Shown: positions 25,001 to 39,040, numbered from the whole stretch's first letter. The stretch is 63,776 bases of DNA, filler included, from Choristocarpus tenellus KU-1152 (GCA_964200185.2; 10 parts of 10 records of this genome joined end to end with filler, not necessarily neighbours in it), one strand, 5' to 3'. Translations and numbers: made by a program. The notes: generated by a model not told the origin, from the sequence alone.

Positions 25001-27070
25001 TCAAATGTTTCATTGATGCTCCAGAGAGGTAGCGAGGATAGGTTCGGTTTGAAAGATCTGAGCCAGACAATGTCAGCTGCAGGGACACCTGAAAGCAGAA
25101 TAGTACCTGGGTTGTTGCTACAGCCAAATGCAGAAAACACGACCATGTGCATGGAAATAGGATCCAATGACCTGAACAAAGGAATAAATGAGCTGCATGT
25201 GGGCCTTCCAAGGCAGAAAAACTGTACCTTTCAAACAGAAGTTTCCTCTACGACTACAAAAGATTTTAGTGGAGGTCATGACTCCGTTGTTCAAGCAGGA
25301 ACCTCTGAGACAACAGGGACTCAAACGTCACTACAAGACACCTCATCAGATATGACCCTTGAGAAGGCTAATCTTGGAAAGATCTTGCCATCTTCCAATT
25401 GCATCACTCCAGAGTAAGTTCTCCCTCTACAATCACAACATGACTAGTATCCACATCATCTCGGAACAAGTCTTCCAGAAATATACAGAATCAAGTGTGA
25501 ACTTGTGAGCAAAAAGTTTTTCAGGTAGTGTACTTTCTTTTCACAATTTGTTAGCTCAAAGCATGATTAGTCGTTGCATATGACAAAGTAAATCGCCCAA
25601 CAATGGAGCAGGTGAATCAGCGTATGTTACCGAATTATATTGCATCATCACTGAAACGAAAAATCAGTTTAATGGTACATGTTGAAAATATTCAGTTCAA
25701 CAAAACCTGTTTCTAATCTTGGTTTCCCTCGATGGTACAGAATTGGGATATGGGTATGGCATTTGGTGAATATTCAATACTCACACCAGTAGTGATCTCC
25801 CACCCTATGCTTATATAATTTTTTCATACATATACACATAATCTACATCTACATACTCGAGTATATATATATATATATATATATATTGCTTTTGTCAAAG
25901 CAAAGGCAAGCTTGCAATACAGGAGCTCGAGAAATTACTCTCCCTTATTATAGCAGATACCATATTGATGTCAAATGAACAATAGTTACATAGAAATGTA
26001 GAATGGTGATATTTGTGTTCATCCTCAAAGAGCTCAAGATTGAGATGTTTCTTGCAACTATTATCAACCAGACTGAAAGTCCCCAAAGTTCACCCATCCC
26101 TTCTGTGTACTACCGCTCTGCCTGGTGTCTGCATTAATTTGGCTGATACTCTATCAACTCGTGTATCAACAGCAGAAGAGGTGCAGATCAGCTGGTCAGT
26201 AAAGTACAAGTAGATTTGACACCATATCCCTGTGAGATTTTCCAGGGCTGTGGGGAATATGCAAGGGAGGATCTCCAGCAAGAGGTAGTATTCTCAGACC
26301 TTGCATGTGAACGATATCAGACTGAGACCATTCATGGGGCCTCCTCTGAGGTTGGTTTTGAGGAAGGTCGTGAGGAGTCCAAAATTGAAGGTAGAGAAGT
26401 GCGGTTGGAAGGTGATCCAAGCAGTGACAAGGTTGAAAGAATACCTGGGGCACCTACGTCTCAAAGAGCACAACAAAGACTAAAGGCACTAGAATTAGGC
26501 AAGCAGAATATCAGAAGCGAGAGTATAGCAGCAAAAATAGATAGAAACGCTGAGGATCTAACCCTTCCAGCAATACCTATTCATGACCGAAAATTCTTGG
26601 AAATGGACAAGTCACTTCAAATAGGAGAGGGAGGTCAGCGCCTGTCAGGGAGAGCGATTGGATTGAAGGGGATGCACAGTAGGAATAAAGTGGCACCTCT
26701 AGCCTGTCATCATCAAGCTGCCACCACAGAACAAAATGCTGATGGTCACACCAGTGGCGAATCTGACAGCAACATTCTACTTCCATTTGACAACAGCAAG
26801 AGTAGTAGCCAAGGCAACAACAACCATGAAGCTACTGAGAAATATACATTCTTTGCTGGATCACCCTATGGTGGAGATGAGGGGGACCACAGTCAAGTAA
26901 TGCAAAGTCCCATCCCTCCCAGTCTTGGCAGGGAGTCATCTGACACTGATGGCATCTCATCTCAATATCATGAAAGAGAGGTCTGTAGGGACAAAATAGT
27001 TGTCACCAAGGCTTCTCGTAGAGGAATAGCTAGTCATACCTGTCAGGATTGCAATTGCGTAGTGATGTAG
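22061..27070 (+). CDS. Protein-kinase-fold pseudokinase with long low-complexity C-terminal tail (5' part missing)
   Basis: Phase-compatible exons 22061-22300, 22696-23097, 24404-25413 and ~26176-27070. Subdomain VI-like AVCWLHTCGLVSGCISPSSF, VII-like LKLARLTSA, VIII FAPPE, IX VDAWGLGMTIYWLLSG, XI FLSDDPASR. Confidence 0.75.
24171..24348 (+). mobile_element. MITE family B (intronic), TSD TAT
   Basis: tat|gatccaaagtatctgagggggg ... gagatactttgaccc|tat. Confidence 0.9.
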
Positions 27071-27398
27071 ATCCAAGAGTCGGTCAAAAATATTTCTGAC
27101 TCTAAAACTTGAGGATTAAACAAAAAATGAATATCTTCTCAAAGTAGAAATCATATTCACGAAAAGCTACAAAGACCACAAATTGTATCGTGTGTCAAAA
27201 TTCCCAAGTACATGTCCAAGTTGACGAACAGACTGGCGGTATGTCAATGATAAGTAGTTACTCCTCCTTTGCCAAATGTTACAACTAGGTGTTTCAAGCT
27301 ATTGGCCAATTTTTGTTGTGCTACCAGTGCCAACATCCCCAAGTACTCCATGATACTAACGAGCAGTTGGGGTTAGGAAGTTTTTTACTCTATTTGTA

Positions 27399-27822
27399 CT
27401 ACCTTCATGCCGTAAGTCTGTGTCGTGTTGTCCATAACTTTTAAAGATGGTGAAATTCATTTCTGAAAGAAGATTTGGAATCCTTGACGAGTTTCTTGTT
27501 AGGGTCAGCTCTTTTTAGTATTATTATTCCCCATCCATCACAATTTTATCAACCAAAGGAAAAGTCTCCATGGGGATATCACTCTTGTGCTGCACAGCAG
27601 GGGACCCTGGAAGGTCTCTATCATCCTCCTGTGGAAATACCCCAACACTTTCCCCATCAGCCATCACATAAAACCAGGTTTCATCCGCATGGACCATGTT
27701 CACCATGGAGGCGTACACACCACGTTTCCGGCCCACTTGATCGCAAACAAAGTCCATTCTCCATACCTTTTACAATTATTTAAGCTTGGGTTTGATCCAG
27801 TGGCGATTCGGCATGGTCCCCA
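27399..27822 (-). mobile_element. Mariner copy 2, internally deleted and cut by a spacer
   Basis: ta|ctaccttcatgccgtaag TIR and MVHADETWFYVMADGE. A deletion junction near 27570 removes the second and third catalytic aspartates. Confidence 0.88.
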
Positions 27823-28192
27823 NNNNNNNNNNNNNNNNNNNNNNNNNNNNNNNNNNNNNNNNNNNNTTAATTAATTAANNNNNNNNNNNNNNNNNNNNNN
27901 NNNNNNNNNNNNNNNNNNNNNNCCCCCCTCCCAGATACTTTGGGTCTCTCTTGTTCGTCTGGTGTCCTCATGAAACATATCACTCTTTCCTACTTGTAAT
28001 GTACTACAAGCTATTGTTGTCATGCTTCTTCCTCATCAATCCATTACCATGAATAGTTCCAACTAGCAAGTTTAGTAGTGGAGGTTTGATGATCCTCTAC
28101 CTACACAAAAGGTCTTCCAACTGCACATTTCTTAACCTCAATTCAACTAATCAATTCTCTCGATGGATGGCTTATCTTTTCGAAGGATACAG

Positions 28193-31100
28193 CTCTGATG
28201 TGGCACAAGAGTCTTGTCAATCACCCATGGAGGACCATGAATCCCGAAGAAGCAGATATTTTTATTGTAACTTTTGACTTTGATGAATCACTCAGTGCTG
28301 GAACGTGCAAGGGAGAGAGTCACCTGGATCGGGTGGATAGAACTGTCAGCGCATTGGAGTCAAGTAAATGGTTCCAGAGGAAAAACGGCTGGGATCACTT
28401 TTGGCCGGTGAATGTTTTGGGTACACGGGGGCGTTGGGTTCATGACTAAATTTTTTCCGAGTTTGTTTTGGTAGCGTCAATTCTACTTTGGTTTCTTCTA
28501 TTGTAGGAGTCATTGTAAGAAATAAATCAACAGCAGTGGAATAGCAATATTGCACAGATTTCGTTTTGTTTCAGCTTTTGTCTCAGTCCTGGTCAATTCC
28601 TCAACTCGTAAGGAGACATAACAATATGAACTATGAACTTAAAGGGGGAATTATTTTACAAACCAATTCAAAATGGCGGGTTTGAAGCTGTCTGCCGTAA
28701 CTGAAAATGAAAAAAAAATCCATAGTTAGTTGGTATTGGATTTTATAACCGAATCAACCACAAATTTTCTTAACGTAGGAAATCTGTTAAGGGAATTTAT
28801 CCCATGTTAACTTGGGTCTCCTAGAATGGGAACTTCAAGAGTTATCACGGTGGCTCAAGGCTGCTAGAATAATGTTCATAGGCTACGATCTGTGGTATTT
28901 GGTTTACATATCATGCATTGGTTGTGCAGTAGAATGGTAAATTGTTGAGTAATTCTGCGAGCTGCAATCAAAGAGAACAAGTTTCCAAACGGGGCAAGTA
29001 CAACATAATCGAACAGAGTTGTTCCAAGAGATATTTGATCAGCTTCTGAGGATTTTCAATGACATGTACCTTTTGAATAAACTGACCCAATGTAACACAA
29101 AATATATTCCAAATAAAAGCCTCACACACACTGACAAACCCCTCCCAACCCAATGAACCACCTGCACATCCCTGTTGCATTCATCCTGAGTGCATCAGAT
29201 CGGCTACTATCTATTAGAGAATGTGTACAACAAGCAAAAACGATTAGCTGTTTTTCCTGAGAGTGTTGTGAGGGCGATGAGCAATATGACTGTGGGCCAC
29301 CAGGTCAACTGGCATCAGAACACAAATGATGCTGAGTTCTGGATCGAGCTGCAAAAGAATCAACGAGGTGGTCGTCCACCTTGGTGGAGACTGAAGGCCG
29401 ACTGGCGGTGCACAGTCACAATTCCAGTAAGGGCAGCAAAGCTTGTGTACAGAAATGACGTATCATATGAGCAGTGGTTGAGTAGGAAGACCCTTGTGTA
29501 TTTCAGGGGTAAGGGCAAGTCCTGCAGTCAAGCAGAAGGGGCCCAAACTTCTCGAGACAAAGCAGTCGAACTGAAGGGGATCTTGCCAAACATCAGTATC
29601 CACTCCGGGCATGCTCCTGGGCAAGTGGTGAGTGCCAACCCTGTATCGCATAGCTATTTTATGTAGATAATATTTTGAGGTTAGACAGGAAGAGGGCGTC
29701 AAGCTGGCAGAGGAGATGAAGGGCATTGTAGTAGGTTGTGTTTCGCGCACAAGTAGTGATTTCAAAGAGGCAGAGGAGGGGTGTATCTCTTCGACCGTCA
29801 CAAGAATTATCTGGTGATTTTTCTTTCACCATGTTGTGCGGGTACTCAGGTGTTCTGACAACATTTCTGTTGATATATGACGCCCTTGCCTCACTTTGAG
29901 CGAACTTGACCCTAGTCGAGTAAGGCCAAGAAAAAAGTAACATAGCACAGTCTGTGTAATTCTGAAGAGTGTTGCTTATGGAACAGCATTTCACCATACA
30001 CCACATATGATGCTGGGTGATATTTCCTATCTTCCTTCCAAGTGGAACATTCCTTCTTCAATGTAGTTGAGAGAACACAAAACCCTGCAAGACGCGTATG
30101 CCTCTACACCATAGCTGATACTCTGCTGCTCCTACAGTTGTACTGTGCAATGCCCACTAATATTCAACTACCTCCCTTTTCTCGCTTTTGTTCCTCTTGC
30201 ATTATTTTTCTGTTGGTGGGTGATCGGCGGATTCTTATGCGCACATGCTGTAGAAATTCAAACATGAGCTCTACAGGTCCAAGTTTTGCCTCATCATGAG
30301 TTGTGATGATCCATTGACAAGCAGGTTCGATGTAGCGTCCAAATTCCTCCAAGAAATAACACATTACTACAATGCTCACCCCGACAGACCCTGGCATGTA
30401 AGTGCACCCATGTCTCCAGGGAACCTGAGGGTGAACTAATCCTTTCGAAGAGTATAGTATTGGTTTTGTCTCTGCCTAGTCCATTGTTGGTTTGGTGACA
30501 GCGCATTGAGGGTATGCCTTTAAATTTTGCATCCTTTCACATCGATGAATTGATATTATATTTCTTGTGCTCTGAATGTTTTCAAGTTTGTGCCTTGAAG
30601 CGCCCTGCCCCCCACCTGCCCTGTTTCTTGAAGCATCACAAGTTGATTATCCTTGATTGTGACGTATGCCCACTTATATGTTGGGGTAGGGACAGAGAAT
30701 TTCACAGTAAAATTTGCTGACAAAGCGTGCCTTTTCTTTGCCACTGTTGTTCTTAGAATTTTGTTGTTGTCAGCATTGCCTCAGAATATGTTTTGTTATC
30801 ACAGTGCTCCCCTGTTTCTGTTGGGGATGTGGCACAAAGATTACAGTGACACATTCCCCAATGCCTGGCACAAGGGATGCGTTATCTACTACAAGTAACT
30901 CCTGTTATCCCATATCCCGTCCCCCTACCCCTACCCTTCAATGAACTCTGTTGCAAATATCGTTGATCTAGGTTCACCGATGCCATTGCTGCTGGATGCT
31001 TACCATTGGTCATCGATAATGGCTTCCGTATAGCAGCTGCCCCGTTTAACAAGTTCCTTAACTATGACACCTTCACCATCACTGTGCCAGCAAAGGTTGG

Positions 31101-31727
31101 GTGCTGCTTCACTATAACAATTGTGTATCCATGATGATGTACAGTCAACATATGATACTGTACAAATGCAACATTTGTTAGATAGGAAGGCTCCTTGTAG
31201 GAGCTATTTACCCCGTCTGACAGTGAGGAAAGGTTCATTAGAAGCCAACCACATTAAGTAGAGTGTGCACGTTTACTTTTGATTGAGTTTCCTTGCAAGA
31301 CCTGGGTGGGGTATTGCTTTCATCATTTTGCCCCTGAAAGTTTCCCACTTATCCCATTAATTTTTTTCTGCGAAGCGATTTGTATGATCGGGACATATTT
31401 CGTGGGATATTCAAAAGATGCTTTGCTTTTGTATGTAACCAACAAGTTCATTTTGTACACTGGTGTGTGTCCATCGATCTACTTTCTGATATCCTTGATG
31501 GCGATTGCAACTCGAAACAGATGTGGAATGAAGACCCAACTGGGGCAATCCACTTTATATACACCTACTCAGAGGCTGAGCTTCGAAGTATCTATCATCA
31601 CATGCTCAGGGCCCGCAAGTATCTCCTGTGGGAACACCCAAAGAGCAGGGTGGCAAGCCTGGGACTGTTGGAGATAAGAAGACATTGTCTGGACCCTGGC
31701 ACACCGCCAAGCTTTCTGTTGGAATGA
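28193..31727 (+). CDS. Exostosin-family (GT47) glycosyltransferase, multi-exon, 5' end missing; a possible further 3' exon lies near 33030-33100
   Basis: Exons 28193-28407 (HPWRTMNPEEADIFIV...WFQRKNGWDHFW), 29199-~29627 (RKTLVYFRGK), ~30275-30330 (SKFCLIMSCDDPLTSR), 30972-31096 (FTDAIAAGCLPLVID) and 31521- (RARKYLLWE). These are canonical exostosin motifs in the expected order. Confidence 0.88.
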
Positions 31728-33613
31728 GAGGACAGTATAAAAGATATTTTATGGTGTTTCTATACGATGGTGTTGATCCAATGCAATTGCATAGTGGAGA
31801 GTATATCAGGACTATACATTTTGTACAGATGGGACATGGCCACTGGTCTTGTCATGAAATTGCAGCCTCTAATGTAGTTCTAAGATAGTGCTTTGGAAGA
31901 GCTATTTTGTGGGTGTTGCTGCTCATTATTAGTTCCTTTCACCTTACGGGCGTTTCTTGACTTGTGGGATCCATGGAGAGTGTGAGAAAAAGGAAACTAG
32001 GTGAGACCAGCAAATTCGATGTATGTGCTGTCCTGTTATCAGGCGTACATATTTTTATTATTAGTTTATTTGAATACAGAATGTGCATGTATCTGCAATT
32101 GTAGTGGAGAGTAGGAGACGGACACTAGCATTGAAGGATACTACTTTGACGTTATTGTGCGTCATTGGCAAGACCTATGGAGGAGGAAGACCTTTCATCA
32201 AGAACAACACTTGGCAAAACATTTTTTTCCCCTTGCCAATGCTTGATGCGGAGACTTTGTTTGCCAGCAGGGTCACAGAATAGTCTAGAACACCTTTTAT
32301 AATTTGCCCTAACATTGACAATTTATTTCCGGAGCATTTTATATGAGTTTTGCTCTAAAACATCTCAATTTTTTGCGGGATTTTTTGTACTTCGGACTCA
32401 AATTTGGGGAAACTTACGTGTTCCTCAAATCTAGAAACATTTTTTACGATATTTTTGCTCCATATTGTTCGAGATTTTTCCAAGGACAGTGTAATTCAAA
32501 TCACCACTCCACACTGATGTGATTGAACAGGACCAGTACAATGCCATGCAAAAGTGGAACCAGACCGAGGCCACGGATCGATCAGGAAAAAAAACTTAAG
32601 GTAAAACAAAATTAAAACTAGAAACGTGGTAGTCGACGTAGAAGTAGGTCATCTTTCCCAAGGGGTCACAATATGGATACACGAACACAAAGTCAGAGGA
32701 TTGTTTTATACCTAAGTACAATGGCGTTAGGGGATGAGGAGCGTTGAAGTTCGAGGATCGGTGCTGTGGTTTTGAATCAGATGATGTGCGATAGTGAGTC
32801 CTACAGAGAGAGATGAATGTACCTCCCATATATTGTAACTGTAAGTTGAAATACTTGTGTGGACTCATGGATTTGTAGGGTTGAATGTTTTAGTAAGCAG
32901 GGTTTGAAGTAGGGGCGTGTTGCATTGCCGAAAAGTTAAAGATATCATCATTATTGCATGTGCTTGCTGACGTAGGGTAATTGATGAACTTGCCAAAAGC
33001 TCCTACTTATTTGTTGAACGCACAACAGGTTGGATGCCACAAGAAATAGAGAGTTATTGTGGATACCACCCAATTGGTCACAGGAGAGGTACGATTTGCT
33101 GAATCATTCTACCATGTACGTCCCATGCTTAATACCATTCAGAACAATGGTGACGACTATGCATACACTCGCAAAAATATATCCTCCAACAAGATAGAGC
33201 AGAGGGTGACAAAAAAGGAGTTCATCATGGAGAGTATAGGCCCTATTGGACATGTCTATGCCAGCAATCCATCAAGAACAACCCTGCGATGGCAAAACGG
33301 AGAGGCCGTCCATACGGCAGTTGATGCAATGTGAGCGGTGAACACGACTTCTTGCAACGTATTGTCGTTTAGGTCTATGATACGATCAACCGGTATGTAA
33401 CTATACAAGGTCAACGGTTTTTCTCTTTCGTATCACCACCTAAATCGAAACCCATTTAAAACCCTGAAATTGTGTAAACTCTTTTAGTAAGTATTCCTTG
33501 AAACAATTATCTATCACATTTTACAACTGCTACTTTCACAGGGTTCCCCTTGTGATATTGGTTTGGTTTTTCCCATGACATTTTGCTTACTTGTCGGATA
33601 AAAAATATATATA

Positions 33614-34399
33614 TTACCTCCTTGTCATAAGTCTGTGCCGCGTTTTCCATAACTTTTGAAGATGATGAAATTCATTTCTGAAAGAAGATTTGGAATCCTT
33701 GACGAAATTCTGGTTGGGGTCTGCTCTATTTTTTTATTATTACTCCCCATCCATCACAATTTTATCAGCCACAGAAAAGTCCTCCATGTCTACCTTCGGC
33801 GTGTTTTCAAGCTCACTTGACAACTGCATCTTCCTTACCCCTGTGTGCTCCACACTGAAGTCGTTCCCCCCTTTGCATCAAAGTACTTGATTGTACACCA
33901 CAAAAAGGAACTGCCAAGTCCTCTCGAGTGTGGTTTCATCTTACTCCGCACACTGTTTCTTAATGACCTGCACCATCTCCTCAACGGACCCAAACCGCTC
34001 CCCCATCACCTGGCATTTCAAAGACCTGAAGGAGCACAGGTCCATGATATTGAGGTCGAGGGACTTAGATGGCCGCGTCACAAGCCTAATCGACCACCCC
34101 TCAATCTTCCCTGCCCCTGACAATATTTCTGAGTTACCCTTGCCCTTGTGGGGGTGGCACTGTCTTGCTGAACAACAACACACTTCCCCTGCAACCAAGG
34201 CATTTTGTTTTTTTAATTGCCATGTACCACTTGCTGTACCACAAATGGTCTAAAGTATAGTACTGCTCATACACATCCCCCATTTTATGGTTCTTGCTTG
34301 TCCTGTCTGCTGTTCTTGGTGCATACACACGTCAAACAACAAGCTTTCAATCAAGGTGTGATCCGAATCTGGGCAGGCGTTGACTGCAATGATCATGGT
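33614..34399 (-). mobile_element. Mariner copy 3 (3' half), interrupted by MITE A at 34400
   Basis: TIR ttacctccttgtcataag; PHKGKGNSEILSGAGKIEGWSIRLVTRPSKSLDLNIMDLCSF. Confidence 0.88.
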
Positions 34400-34519
34400 G
34401 AGCCAAATTATCTTGGAGGGTAGAGCCGCGTCCATTTGGGGGCCAAAATCCAATGTTGCAGTTTTGATGTAATTTTCAGTATCGTGTTTGTTGGCAAGTG
34501 TCAGTATCCTTGTTCCGGA
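34400..34519 (-). mobile_element. MITE family A (reverse), cut by a spacer
   Basis: gagccaaattatcttggagggtagagccgcgtccatttgggggccaaaatccaatgttg. Confidence 0.85.
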
Positions 34520-35106
34520 NNNNNNNNNNNNNNNNNNNNNNNNNNNNNNNNNNNNNNNNNNNNTTAATTAATTAANNNNNNNNNNNNNNNNNNNNNNNNN
34601 NNNNNNNNNNNNNNNNNNNCCCCCAGATACTTTGAGCCTATTGGTTGATCAGTGTCTACTAATAGTTAGTACACTGCCACATTCCAATCGAAGTATTGCA
34701 TATCAATCTTCAGTGAGATAGCTGTATACACTCTATAGCAGAAGCGCCTCACCATCAACTGTCTTGACAGTTCCTGAAACATGTCATTGCATCTACACAG
34801 AGGGGAGAGATGATTGGAGAAATGATCCTGCTACTGATCCCTTCTCCCGAGTCTGCCAGGAAGTTGTAGCTGCACTATGCACTAGTCTGGGCTAGGGATT
34901 GGCAATCGTGATATTTTAAAACTTTTTTCTTACATTGTTGTTGTTGCTGCTGTTGTATCCCTGGCAACTAAACTGCAGATAGATGCATTGGGAGCAATAG
35001 CACCTAGACAATGATAGGTTTGATATCGGACCAGTCCAATTATAAATCAGTCTTACATAGGGGTGCATTGCTGAAAAGACATGACCTAAAGCATTCATGA
35101 TGATAG

Positions 35107-35339
35107 GAGTTTTGCCCTGTTTGTCCGTGAGGGGCTTGGCTTCCCAACGGGGTTATTGCCCTTTATCGGTTTTCTGTGTGAACACAGGTACCTGAAATGT
35201 ATGCAACTATGAAAGGTGTGTCCGGAGCAAGGATATTGACACTTCCTAACAAACATGACAGAGAGAATTTATCAAAATCGCAACATTGGATTTATGATCC
35301 CAAACGGACACAGCCCTACCCTCTTACATCCTTTGACTC
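35107..35339 (+). mobile_element. MITE family A, degenerate and 5'-truncated
   Basis: gagttttgccctgtttgtcc ... accctcttacatcctttgactc. Confidence 0.8.
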
Positions 35340-35459
35340 CATACACCACTTCCTGCAACAAATTATTAAACAGTAGTTGTTATGGTCACTGTTCCAACAT
35401 TGTGCTTGTACCTTACAACATCTTCACCTCCTTGTTGACAGCATTTGACCCAAAGTAAG

Positions 35460-35690
35460 CAAGAGGTACCCAGAGTTGCATTTTAAGGGTGCTGACAAAT
35501 GTGTGCAAAGGTCAACTTTTTTTTCAGATACGTGTAGGAAATTTCTTAATTCTGTCAAAAGGTTTCAAACAAATAGAGAACTAAATGCTCTCAGACCAAA
35601 CTTCAAACTTTGCCCACAGAAATATGGGTGAATTGCAAGAGATTGAAAACTGACCTAAGGTGCAAAACGACAAAAGCTAGGTACCTCTTG
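35460..35690. mobile_element. Unrelated MITE-like element (family D), TIR CAAGAGGTACC(C/T)AG
   Basis: caagaggtacccag ... ctaggtacctcttg. A diverged homologous internal sequence lies at ~11400-11770. Confidence 0.65.
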
Positions 35691-35756
35691 TGTACATTGA
35701 CTCTCATCTCTCAATAACTAACCCCAGTCGAAAGAGGCCTTGTTGCTAGTGACAAC

Positions 35757-35785
35757 TAGGGTTAGGGTTAGGGTTAGGGTTAGGG
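35757..35785 (+). repeat. Interstitial (TTAGGG)n telomere-like tract
   Basis: tagggttagggttagggttagggttaggg; shorter tracts near 20122, 46637 and 47830. Confidence 0.85.
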
Positions 35786-35949
35786 CTTGTGGGTCAGAAG
35801 GACCAATGTAGTGGGACTTGGTTGCATGTCATACACCTGGTCCTACTTATTGCTGGAGTATGAAGTGACTGGAGTGCTTGTTATTGTATCCCCAAGAGGG
35901 AGAAAGACCCCTCTGCGCATCCTCAATGCCACCCAACCATGTGCCTGAA

Positions 35950-38900
35950 TACATGCCATCGAGGAAAGGGTCCGCCAAGAGATGCTTGTAGCTGCAGCAG
36001 CATACGAGGCAGAAGAAGAGCGGAAAAAGGAGGAACAAGAAAGCAGATTGGAAAAGTTCAGAGAAGCAAGAGAGGATGCTGCAGCTAGGAAGATTCAGCT
36101 TATGTATCACTACTTCAAGGTTTGAGAGTGTAGGTTAGGTCAAATTGCAGGACAATGTGTGAGCAAGAGACAATCTATAACTCCCTGCATTGTGCCCTAA
36201 CCCTAAGTGACTACACCACACGTTCTTTATTTCTTTCCGGTGCTGAAGAGCCTCGCATTGTATAATGCCGTATCATCAAGAAAGAAATTATTCTCATGAC
36301 CAAATTGAGGAGAAATCACAGTACTTCTTTTAATCTATTCCAAACCAAATGGCTCTTGAACTCAAAATCACCTTGTCAGGCGTTACGTACAGTCCACACC
36401 AGAGCCAAAGAGATCTACACAAAGCACTATGACGTGGAGCACCTCCGTTACTACTGGTACAATGCTCGTGTTGGATCTACAAGTTGGTCCAAACCCGCAG
36501 CCCTGGGGGGGTGGGATGTAGAATGTGACGACAAGGTGAGGAGAGGCTCAACACACCCTCAACATTTCTAAACCTTGACTTTTTTTATCCTTTTTGACCT
36601 GAAAGAGTCAACGTAGTCTTGGTCTTCTCTAAAATAGAGGAAAACAAATTGAACGAAAAACGGCCAAGAAACGCACCCCTCTCGGTTTCTTTGACTCCAA
36701 ACTATTCCTCGAACCACAGCATGCTTACAGTTACAAAACGCAGCTCTGGCTAAAGTCTGAAGGCCATGTCGGGGCTTGTGACCCTGGGGATGACACTCTA
36801 CGCAATTGATATGTACAATTACGTTAGGAACTCTGCATTCTCAGGCACCTTCCATTGGTTCAAGTCGGGAATACCAGATGACAAATACAGGAACATAGTG
36901 CTTAGTTCACCTTGTCATGAACAATGGAAGAGACTGTTGGCTTTGTGTTTCTCTGGATGAGCCAAACCTCCCACTTATTGTGGGAGATGCAGAGGTCATA
37001 GATGGCACTTGCCATTACGTCTTTTGGGACATGCACGCAAATAATTCGTTCCCTACACTCATTCTCTCCTTCCCACAAGACTTCACAAGCAAAATAAACT
37101 CTTCGAGATAATATTGAATACTTCAAAGTACGTTGAGAGAAGTATATTTGTAACCAGAAGATGACTCACTTTTTCCAGGTGAAAGTTTCGCTGACCTTTT
37201 TGGAAGGTATCCATCCTCTTTCCATTACTATTCTACAACGCTTCCCATGCAGATATGTCTAGTATACCAGTTAGAACAGAACCGATCTCCAGTGAGGCAA
37301 GAAAATGAATTTATTCATTCTCCAAAATACTCTAATGTTTTAATTGGACTCGATGTTAATGGGATCACAATATCCAACTCAATTGTATGCGTGCTCGTGT
37401 GTGTGTGTGTGTGTGTGTGTGTATGATTCAAATATCCCTGTCCCTCATCATAATCAACGACGATCACCTGTTCCACTCTAGCCATGGGCACCCACCAAGA
37501 CAAAGCTCACAATTGTCTTGAACAATTTCCTCCACTACCACATCTTCGTCATCAGTGGGACCTGATTCCAGGCTCATATGACCTGCACTATTTCTACAAT
37601 GCCAGGACCTTCAGCATGAAGTGGACCAGGCCAGTAGATACTGTAACGTGCCAGGTATGTATGGGATTCGTTGTAGTTCCACAATAGGCACCATCTACTA
37701 CGGTACCCTTTGTGCAACAATAGGTAAATAGGATGCTGTTGCCCTGCAACCTCCACAAGTCCCTGAACGTTGATGAGAATCTAGAGTCAGGGTGTCATTT
37801 TGAAATCACTTTAGGAGTAAATTATATGTACTTCTGCTGTGGAGAATATTATTGATATATCTCATCGTCAGGTAGTTGGGATGAGCTAAACTATTGATGC
37901 CTGCTTCGTGCTTTGCATGGTCCGCACCAGCAGGCCTGCCTCCTCCAGTTTGCAACACGTTGGTGCAATCAAGATGCCATGGCATATTGTGAAGGATGCT
38001 ACTACAACAGGCATTTTGGTGACAATCCAACAACTGGGGTGAGAGGGTCATTTCAGCTGTGTCTCAAAGCTGTAGAGTTGTGTAATGATATTACAGGGAA
38101 CTTGTTGAATGATGAGGTGGTAATGATGTTTCTGTTAAATCTTATCCTCTATCTCCTCACCAAAGCTATTGTCACTGTCATCGTATCATCATTTTTCATC
38201 ATCAATACATGTCTGGGCAAGTATGACTTGGGCGTTAAGCCTCTCCTTCTAGACACTTCTGTCTCAATGTATATTGAGAGAACTCTATGCGACACGCTGT
38301 TGACTGTCTTGAGTGATGCTTGTGGATATATCCCAGAGCATGCTTAGTATTGATTTGTTAATACGATCCTTGTGGTGGTAGTCTTCATTGTTGCAGCTGT
38401 GCAAGCGTTGTCAATGCAAGTAACTTTGGTGTCACACAACAAACACCACACAACCCCACGTCTTGGACCCCCTCCTCTTCCATTTCAGCTACTCACATAC
38501 AAAGAGCTTGACGGAGCTAGGTCTGGGTCAAACGATCTCATTCAGGACAACAATATTCTCGACCTTCCAGATATTATTGAACCAACCTACGAAGCATACG
38601 GTATCGGTTCCAACCCATCATTGGAGGGAACTGACACAAACTTGAAAGGTACAATCCAGTGTGAGACGAAAAACATTGCAACAGCTGGAGGGGAGATCGA
38701 AGAGTATTACAAATCTCTGGCCAGCTATTACTATGATGAAGGTCAAGCAATTGTGCAGGACGCTTCTGAACCTTCAAGGTTTCAGCAAGTCGATCAACCA
38801 TTTGCTGGTCTTCATATTGCAGAGATGAACCAAACGGGAATAGACAGTAGGAGCCTTCATACCCAGGTTCTCAGATCGGAAGAAATGTGTCCAGTTGAGG

Positions 38901-39040
38901 GGAGTGAGACTTGGAGCACCAGTTATGACCAGGAGCAGGTATTGGAGGAGAAACAAGAGCAGGTCTCCATGCAATACCCAACTTCATTGTATGGTTGGGA
39001 TGGAGGAACTCACGACACGGAAGGGGGTGGGCATGGGTGA
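35950..39040 (+). CDS. Multi-exon protein with coiled coil, IQ motif, two WW-like repeats and a B-box-like zinc finger (ends uncertain)
   Basis: Exon ending 36119 (EEERKKEEQE...AARKIQLMYHYFK); 36380-36535 (YYWYNARVGSTSWSKP); 37556-37654 (HYFYNARTFSMKWTRP...TCQ); 37935-38038 (ACLLQFATRWCNQDAMAYCEGCYYNRH); 38489-39040 acidic tail. GT-AG borders. Confidence 0.72.

Noticed and set aside
16427-31727. Sulfotransferase + GT47 as a sulfated-polysaccharide gene cluster
   Set aside because: The genes are on different contigs separated by artificial spacers.
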